64,000 bases of DNA from Turneriella sp. (GTDB lineage: Bacteria > Spirochaetota > Leptospiria > Turneriellales > Turneriellaceae), in the NCBI GenBank assembly GCA_965279515.1, contig CBDIID010000003.1, positions 4,000,001-4,064,000 of the forward strand, given 5' to 3'. Positions 57,743 to 64,000 of this stretch are shown piece by piece. The position numbers and the translations under genes are program-made. Each line of letters begins with the position of its first letter. Positions within the stretch are counted from its first letter, which is position 1. The notes beneath the pieces were generated by a model. The model saw only the letters and a list, made by a program, of their open reading frames with translations, did no database searches and was not told where the DNA came from.

Positions 57743-59956
57743 ATGGCAGACAAAATTAAACTAACGCCGAAGAAGATCGTGCTGAAGAGCAATTCTTCAA
57801 AAGACTCGATCGCAGGCAAAATCAGCGCGCAGAAAGTACGCGACGACCAGCAACGCGAAGAAGAGCGTAAGCAGCAGCAAGCTAAGGCGCCGGTCCCAAC
57901 CACTACCAGCACTACCGCTGCGAAGCCTGCGGTTGCCGAGGTCAGAAAACCTGTCGAACGTGTACCGCCAAAACCGCGTACCGTTTTCGTTCAGGATGAA
58001 CGGCAACCCAAGACCGAAGCCGAAGAGCGCGAGGTCAAAAAAGGTCCGGGTACAAAACCCGGCGCCGACAAAAAGAAATCCAACCTGCGCGAAGATATTC
58101 TCAAAAAAGAAGAACACAAGAAGTTCTTCATCGGCCAGAAGCAGCGAGACCGGGGCAAGCCCGAACAGTCGCAGGCCGTTTCATCCGTGCCGTCAAAAAT
58201 CAAGATCACTGAATTCGTTCAGGTTGGCGAGCTGGCTAAAAAGCTCAACGTGCGTGCGCCCGAAATTATCGCGAAACTGATGCAGATGGGCGTTATGGCG
58301 ACGATTACCCAATCGATCGATGCCGAAACCGCTACGCTGCTCGCTTCAGAATATGGCTGCCAGATCGAAGTTATTTCACTCTATGAAGAGACGCTGATCC
58401 AGGAAGAACCTGATACAGCAGAAGAACTCGTCAACAGGCCGCCGGTCGTAACGATCATGGGTCACGTCGACCACGGTAAGACAAAGCTGCTCGACGCGCT
58501 TCGCCAAACCGACGTTGTTGCAACCGAAGCGGGTGGTATCACACAGCACATCGGGGCATACCAGGTGACGCGCCCGAAAGGTAAAATTACCTTTCTCGAT
58601 ACGCCGGGTCACGCCGCGTTCTCAGCGATGCGCGCGCGCGGTGCCCAGGTGACTGACATCGTCGTTCTCGTCGTCGCCGCCGATGACGGTGTGATGCCGC
58701 AGACTGAAGAAGCGATCTCGCATGCGAAAGATGCGAAGGTGCCAATCATTGTCGCGGTAAACAAGATCGATAAACCTGCGGCAAATATCGACCGCATCAA
58801 ACAAGATCTCGCTAAATTTGAAATTCTCTCCGAAGACTGGGGCGGTACCACGCCTTTCATTCCGATTTCAGCGCTCCAGAAATTGAATCTCGATAAACTC
58901 GAAGATGCAATTCTCGCGCAGGCCGAAGTCATGGAAGTCAAGGCGAACCCGAACAAACATGCCATCGGCACTGTCGTCGAAGCGAAACTCGACCAGGGCC
59001 GCGGTCCCGTGGCGACGATTCTCGTGCGTAACGGCACGCTGCGCGTCGGCGATGCTTTCGTCGTTGGCCTCGAGGGCGGCAAAATCCGTGCGATGTATAA
59101 CGACAAGGGCCAGACCGTCAAAGAAGCCGGCCCTGCAACACCGGTGGAAATTCTCGGCTTATCGGGAGTTCCCAACTCAGGCGATATCATGAACGTGATG
59201 GCGACCGAACGTGAAGCGCGCGAAATCGCCGACAAACGTCAGGAACTCGCCCGCCACCAGCAGGCGCAGCAGGTTAAAAAGGTCAAACTCGAAAACTTCG
59301 ACGCGACCATCGAAGAGGGCAAACTCAAGGAATACAAGGTCATCATCAAGGGTGACGTGCGCGGTTCGGTCGAAGCGCTCACGGCTTCGCTTGAAAAACT
59401 GTCGAATGACGAAGTGCGCGTGCGTGTCATCATGGGCTCAACCGGTGAGATTACCGAGAGCGACGTGATGCTGGCATCTGCGGCGAAAGCGACGATTATC
59501 ACTTTCAACGCGCGTGCCAATGCCAAGGTGCGCGACATTGCTTCCAAAGAAGCGGTGCCGATCAAGAATTACAGCATTATCTACCAGGCGATCGACGACA
59601 TGAAACTCGCCCTCGGCGGTATGCTGTCTCCGGATATCTCAGAGCGCGTTAACGGCGAAGCCGAAGTGCGCCAGGTCTTTAAGATTTCCGGTATGGGTAC
59701 AGTGGCGGGTTGTTCGGTACGTTCGGGCTTCCTGAAACGCACGAACCCGATCCGCGTACTGCGCGACGGCGCCGTAGTGTTTACGGGTGCATTCAAATCG
59801 CTGAAACGCTTTCAGGAAGACGTCGGTGAAGTCAAAGAAGGTTTTGAGTGCGGTATTCTGATCGAGAATTTCAACGACATCAAGGTCGGCGATGTGATCG
59901 AGGGCTTCGAAAAAGTCGAGACACAGCGCACCTTTGAAGAAGCGGGAAGTAAGTAA
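57743..59956 (+). CDS. infB: Translation initiation factor IF-2
   Basis: MGHVDHGKT, EAGGITQHIGA, DTPGHAAF, NKID, ECGI. Confidence 0.98.
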   Translation: MADKIKLTPKKIVLKSNSSKDSIAGKISAQKVRDDQQREEERKQQQAKAPVPTTTSTTAAKPAVAEVRKPVERVPPKPRTVFVQDERQPKTEAEEREVKKGPGTKPGADKKKSNLREDILKKEEHKKFFIGQKQRDRGKPEQSQAVSSVPSKIKITEFVQVGELAKKLNVRAPEIIAKLMQMGVMATITQSIDAETATLLASEYGCQIEVISLYEETLIQEEPDTAEELVNRPPVVTIMGHVDHGKTKLLDALRQTDVVATEAGGITQHIGAYQVTRPKGKITFLDTPGHAAFSAMRARGAQVTDIVVLVVAADDGVMPQTEEAISHAKDAKVPIIVAVNKIDKPAANIDRIKQDLAKFEILSEDWGGTTPFIPISALQKLNLDKLEDAILAQAEVMEVKANPNKHAIGTVVEAKLDQGRGPVATILVRNGTLRVGDAFVVGLEGGKIRAMYNDKGQTVKEAGPATPVEILGLSGVPNSGDIMNVMATEREAREIADKRQELARHQQAQQVKKVKLENFDATIEEGKLKEYKVIIKGDVRGSVEALTASLEKLSNDEVRVRVIMGSTGEITESDVMLASAAKATIITFNARANAKVRDIASKEAVPIKNYSIIYQAIDDMKLALGGMLSPDISERVNGEAEVRQVFKISGMGTVAGCSVRSGFLKRTNPIRVLRDGAVVFTGAFKSLKRFQEDVGEVKEGFECGILIENFNDIKVGDVIEGFEKVETQRTFEEAGSK

Positions 59957-59989
59957 TCCCACCGGACCCGAAAGGGTCCGAGGCTAACG

Positions 59990-60409
59990 ATGAACGATAT
60001 CAAGAGATTGCGCCTGCAAAATCAGATTTTTCGTCATGTGGCAACGTATTACCAGAAGATGGCGGGCGCGAGAAATGCCCGGGCAACCCTGGAGCTGCCT
60101 GATGCCGAAGGCGCCACGCCGCGCAACCCCTTTGAAGTCACCGATGCCGGTAAATTTACCGAGCAGGTATCGGACTATTGCACGTTCACACGTTGTGAAC
60201 TTTCTTCAGACGGCTCATTTGCGAAAATTTTCGTAAGCATCTGGGGCACTGCTAAAGAGCAGGAGCGCATCTTCAAGGAAATTCAGCGTATGGCCCATGG
60301 CATGCGTTCGAGCATTGCCAAGAACATCCGCATGCGTGCGATACCGCATCTCGCCTTCGTACAAGACCATTCGTTCGAGCGCGCCAGCGAAGTCGATAAG
60401 CTGATCTAA
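59990..60409 (+). CDS. rbfA: Ribosome-binding factor A
   Basis: T.TR.ELS.D.S.AKIFVS, MR.IP.L.F..D.S; lies after infB. Confidence 0.85.
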   Translation: MNDIKRLRLQNQIFRHVATYYQKMAGARNARATLELPDAEGATPRNPFEVTDAGKFTEQVSDYCTFTRCELSSDGSFAKIFVSIWGTAKEQERIFKEIQRMAHGMRSSIAKNIRMRAIPHLAFVQDHSFERASEVDKLI

Positions 60410-60511
60410 GGAAGTTCTGCAAAAGCCAAAATTAGGAGCGCAAATGTCAGCATTTGCGGGCATTCCCTCGCGCGGCCTTGGCCGCGCTTGACTTTTGCAG
60501 AACTTCCCTAG
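60406..60511. mobile_element. MITE-like element (~106 bp) with 24-bp terminal inverted repeats
   Basis: Left end CTAAGGAAGTTCTGCAAAAGCCAA vs right-end reverse complement CTAGGGAAGTTCTGCAAAAGTCAA (22/24); two internal hairpins; no transposase. Confidence 0.65.
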
Positions 60512-61311
60512 CGCGCCGGGCTGAAGCGCCGCGCGAGAAATTTTTTCACCACAAAGGGCAGCCTTGCCATCAGCGACACCAGGATCACCATGATTTTAGG
60601 GAAATTAATTTCGCGTTTCTTCTTTAGAATACCACGTACGATAATTTCTGCGGCCTTATCGGCACTCATGAGAAAGGGCAGGGGGATGGTTGACTTTTCG
60701 ACCATCGGCGTTTCGACAAAGCCGACATGCACCGTGGTCACGGCGACACCGCTATTTTGAAGATCCAGGGCCAGGCATTCCATGAAACGACTGAGGCCTG
60801 CCTTGGGCGAAGAGTAACCTGCGGCATCGGGCAGCGCCGAATACGAGGCGAGCGAGCTGATGGCGACCACGTGACCTGAGCGGCGCGCGACCATTTGTGG
60901 CAACAGAGCCGTAATGGTAGCGAGTGCACCGGTGTAATTGGTCTGTGCAACCGGGCCAACCGCCGGCCACGACCATGAGAATTGTAAATCCGTGGCGATG
61001 CCAGGCGACATGGATGTCGCAGCTGTGCGCACACCGACGCCGGCATTGGCGATGACGAGGTGAATGCCACCGAATTTTTTATCGAGGGCGACGATTGTCT
61101 TAACGGCAGCATCTGCCTTTGCCACATCGAGCGTAACCGCGGTCGCCTTGCCACCCGCCGCGCGAATATCGGCGGCGATCTTTTTCAGCAGGGGCAAGCG
61201 CCGCGCCGTCAAAATGACGTGTATACCCCGTGCCGCGAGATTGCGCGCCAGCGCTTCGCCGATGCCGCTCGAGGCGCCGGTGATTAGGGCGGTGCGCGGG
61301 CTTATTTCCAA
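60508..61311 (-). CDS. Short-chain dehydrogenase/reductase
   Basis: TGASSGIG, NAG, ISS, YSSPK. Confidence 0.92.
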   Translation of the reverse strand: MEISPRTALITGASSGIGEALARNLAARGIHVILTARRLPLLKKIAADIRAAGGKATAVTLDVAKADAAVKTIVALDKKFGGIHLVIANAGVGVRTAATSMSPGIATDLQFSWSWPAVGPVAQTNYTGALATITALLPQMVARRSGHVVAISSLASYSALPDAAGYSSPKAGLSRFMECLALDLQNSGVAVTTVHVGFVETPMVEKSTIPLPFLMSADKAAEIIVRGILKKKREINFPKIMVILVSLMARLPFVVKKFLARRFSPAR

Positions 61312-61745
61312 TTTGCGAGAATGAGGCCTGTGATCGAGAGGCCTACCAGGTTATAAATGGCATTGATGAATACCAGTTTCCACGAGCGACCTTCCCATGC
61401 CTTTTGGCCGAGGGTCTGAGGCAGAAAGAACCCCAGCCATGTGAAGAATGCAGCCGAAAGGCCTAAGGACATGGGCTTGGGCGGCATTTGGGGCATCGTG
61501 GCATTGCCGAAAAAATGCCAGACGAACATGTTGTGCGCCAGCACCCAGATGATCAGGAACGAACCCACCACCATTAAGAATGCGCTGAAGACAAACTGCT
61601 TCGGGTCGGGTTTAAAATCTGCAGGAAATCCCATTTCTTTTGCCCAGGTTTTTCCGAAGACCGGGCCATACCAGAGAAAGCCGAAAACAAAATTGGCTGC
61701 GACGGCGGCGCCGATGGCCAGGTAATTGAGTTGGATTGTTTCCAT
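61302..61745 (-). CDS. DUF1761 family membrane protein
   Basis: G.LWY.P.FG..W, W.GF, WE.RSW.L..IN..Y. Confidence 0.85.
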   Translation of the reverse strand: METIQLNYLAIGAAVAANFVFGFLWYGPVFGKTWAKEMGFPADFKPDPKQFVFSAFLMVVGSFLIIWVLAHNMFVWHFFGNATMPQMPPKPMSLGLSAAFFTWLGFFLPQTLGQKAWEGRSWKLVFINAIYNLVGLSITGLILANWK

Positions 61746-61783
61746 AGGCAGGCGTGCGCCCATTTTGATAATATGGCAAGTCT

Positions 61784-63517
61784 TTATCGGTTGAAATCCG
61801 TCACCAATACGCCGTCCTTGGGAATGCCGTAGACCGCCAGCGGTTCGGTTTTACCGCGCAACTGTACGCGGGCATGATATTCCGCGGGAATATCTTTTAG
61901 CCCGGCGTGGGCCGCGACGGTCTCTGAAAACAAAAGCCATGTGCCTAGTTTTTTGTTCGCGTGTTCGAGCCGGCTCGCGGTATTCACGACGTCGCCGATG
62001 GCGGTGACGTGCGCGGCCCTGCCATAACCGAGTTCGCCCACAATCGCGGGCCCCGCATGCAGGCCAATACGGATCTCGAGCGGGTTCTGAATTTCTTCGG
62101 ACAGGACTTCATTGATGAGCCCTAACTGCTCGTTCATGCGCAGCGACGCATGCAGCGCGCTTTGCGCCGCGGTCTCGATGTCGCCGTTCAGGCCAAAGAT
62201 CGCCATAATGCCGTCACCAATGAACTTATCGATGAAACCGTTATGCTGTTCAATGATCTTGCCCATGCTGCGGAAATACTGGTTTAACACGAAGACGACA
62301 TCATACGGAAGTTTGTTTTCGGAAAACGACGTAAAACCCTTGAGATCCGAGAAAAATACCACCACTTCTTTTTCTGCGCCGTTTGCGTCTGCGCGGCGTG
62401 TCAGCAGCGCGGCGGCGCCGGCATGTGTTGCCTGCGATGCGCCGATCAGCGGCGCGATTTTCACTTCGCCCGAGACACGCGCCTGGCAGGCGAGGCGCAC
62501 ATCGTTTTCGGCAGCGATTTTTTTCAGGACGCCGCGCTCAGCGCTTTCAGCGGGCGACAGGTTCTCGCTGCCTGACAGTACGCGCACACGGCAGGTCGAG
62601 CAACGCCCGTTACCGCCGCAGACATGCGCATGCTCGATACGGTGGGCGAGGCTGCCTTCAAGCAGCGTAATGCCGCTGGTCACCCGTATCTCAGGGCCGC
62701 CCGCATAGCTGATGCGTATCGTGGCCCGGCGCCGGGCCTTGCGCAGCAATATGATACGCGTGAGAAAGAGACTGCCGATGAGCAGGGCTACCAGCGCCAT
62801 ACCGATCAGGTAAAAAATTCCCTGTGTCAGCACCACGCGTTGCGGCCAGCCGCCGTGTTCGAGTATAACTTTCCGCAGCCACTCGGGATTTTCAGCCAGG
62901 CGGAAAACCTGGTTGGCCGCTGCAGTCACTCCGGCTAAGCCCAAAAGTGGTATGGTCGTATAGAGTACCGCGAAGCGCGTGCGGTAGCGTTCGAACCAGG
63001 GTTTGAGGCTCAGGATGTCGGTCACGCCATAGTAGGCATGCACCCAGATCAGCAGCGACATAAAGAGCAGAAAGTACATCGCACCGCCACGAAAGTTGTG
63101 GTAAAGATAAAAGGCATAGGTATCGTTGTAACCATAAACCCACCACTGCATACGCGTGCCGCAGATGTGCAGTAAAAGAAAGAGGGGGATTGCCAGCCCG
63201 GTGAAGATCTTGATTTTTTCACGGGTACTGAACCGCCACGACTGGCGGAACATGAGCCGCCAGATCGCGCTTTGCGCGTGCAGGAAAAGCGCGAGTGGAA
63301 ATACGAACTGAATCACCGGGTTACGCCAGAACAGCAGAAAAAATTTGCGCCCGCTTTCCATAGCTTCCAGCGAGATCAGGCCCAGCGCATGATTCAGAAA
63401 GTGCGTCGCCGCGAAGAACATCAGCACGAGAGAGGCCGCGAGACGTATACGAATGAGAATCGGCGTCTGGGTCCATTGCAGCATACTGCACGCCGACACC
63501 GCCGAGGCCGGCGTCAA
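61784..63517 (-). CDS. CyaC-type adenylate cyclase (heme-binding TM domain + 2Fe-2S ferredoxin + class III cyclase)
   Basis: TM His residues (THFLNH, LH, LH, WVH); CGGNGRCSTC...RLAC; FSDLKGFT, DKFIGD, TAIGDVVNTASRLE. Confidence 0.9.
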   Translation of the reverse strand: MTPASAVSACSMLQWTQTPILIRIRLAASLVLMFFAATHFLNHALGLISLEAMESGRKFFLLFWRNPVIQFVFPLALFLHAQSAIWRLMFRQSWRFSTREKIKIFTGLAIPLFLLLHICGTRMQWWVYGYNDTYAFYLYHNFRGGAMYFLLFMSLLIWVHAYYGVTDILSLKPWFERYRTRFAVLYTTIPLLGLAGVTAAANQVFRLAENPEWLRKVILEHGGWPQRVVLTQGIFYLIGMALVALLIGSLFLTRIILLRKARRRATIRISYAGGPEIRVTSGITLLEGSLAHRIEHAHVCGGNGRCSTCRVRVLSGSENLSPAESAERGVLKKIAAENDVRLACQARVSGEVKIAPLIGASQATHAGAAALLTRRADANGAEKEVVVFFSDLKGFTSFSENKLPYDVVFVLNQYFRSMGKIIEQHNGFIDKFIGDGIMAIFGLNGDIETAAQSALHASLRMNEQLGLINEVLSEEIQNPLEIRIGLHAGPAIVGELGYGRAAHVTAIGDVVNTASRLEHANKKLGTWLLFSETVAAHAGLKDIPAEYHARVQLRGKTEPLAVYGIPKDGVLVTDFNR

Positions 63518-63527
63518 ATTGAAATTG

Positions 63528-63893
63528 TTAACCGAGGTCGTTCACGACTTCGCTGTTGCCATGGAGGCCCTGGGCCGTGATCAGGTAACGCACGAGAGCG
63601 GTGCGCAGGGTTCGCTGGTCCTTGGCTTTGATCTGGATGTCTTCCTTCAGCAAGTACCTGACGTAATCGGCTTCATGGTGGCATTTGACATAGGTTCTGA
63701 GCAGATCAAAATATCTTCGCTCCTGGTTTGCTTTGTCCCAGTGGTTGCCAAAGAGCCGCGCCATCTCAGCCCTGACTTCGGCATTGGATCGATGTTGCAG
63801 CAGAAAACGCAGCAGATACGCGGCTTCGAGAACACCTTTAAAACGGGTCTGGGCCGTAACGGGTGCTAATTTGGAGGTATGGATGATGGTCAT
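63528..63893 (-). CDS. Hypothetical protein
   Basis: 121-aa helical ORF between a good promoter and the cyclase gene (10-nt gap). Confidence 0.55.
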   Translation of the reverse strand: MTIIHTSKLAPVTAQTRFKGVLEAAYLLRFLLQHRSNAEVRAEMARLFGNHWDKANQERRYFDLLRTYVKCHHEADYVRYLLKEDIQIKAKDQRTLRTALVRYLITAQGLHGNSEVVNDLG

Positions 63894-63959
63894 AAGCGAA
63901 AGCGTGGATAAATGAAAACCTGGTTGATTTAACTTTGGCCCTCCATTGGATATTGGCTG

Positions 63960-63988
63960 ATCATATACTAATTAAAACCTTGTGTCAA
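63960..63988 (-). promoter_or_regulatory. Sigma-70-type promoter
   Basis: Minus strand TTGACA-17 nt-TATGAT. Confidence 0.7.
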
Positions 63989-64000
63989 GAGTCGACATGT

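Noticed and set aside
59963..59980. CGGACCC-GAAA-GGGTCCG hairpin between infB and rbfA
   Set aside because: No U-tract; an ordinary intercistronic stem
1..64000. CRISPR array, prophage or transposase
   Set aside because: No regularly spaced repeats, and no cas, integrase, phage structural or transposase ORFs recognised

Overview
Mostly core-genome window from a free-living spirochete of the Leptospiraceae. The gene content and protein style are most consistent with Turneriella; this is my recognition, not a search result. In order it holds: a heme/iron uptake locus (hmuT end, hmuUV, HmuY lipoprotein, TonB receptor, unknown lipoprotein) with two Fur-box-like palindromes; a lipid-processing neighbourhood (LolA-like protein, fatty-acid hydroxylase, OM barrel, neutral ceramidase, Zn-phospholipase C-like protein); a plant GLB3-like truncated globin and a tRNA(CAT); sdhA and sdhC separated by a ybcL/AraC cassette and a three-gene atypical nucleotide-cyclase operon; an RlmD-like protein lacking both catalytic residues; flbD-fliL-fliY; recN, tsaC, a two-component pair, plsX-panD, thiE, murJ, lptC; a GT9/MsbA LPS locus; serA, ispF, trpB; rimP-nusA-infB-rbfA; and a CyaC-type ferredoxin-adenylate cyclase. 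No transposase, prophage or CRISPR array was seen. Several small REP/MITE-like palindromic elements are present. The best candidates for undescribed biology are the cyclase operon at 16.5-20.2 kb, the RlmD pseudo-enzyme operon, the ceramidase/PLC pair and the GLB3-like globin. All protein calls come from motif recognition by eye, without database searches.
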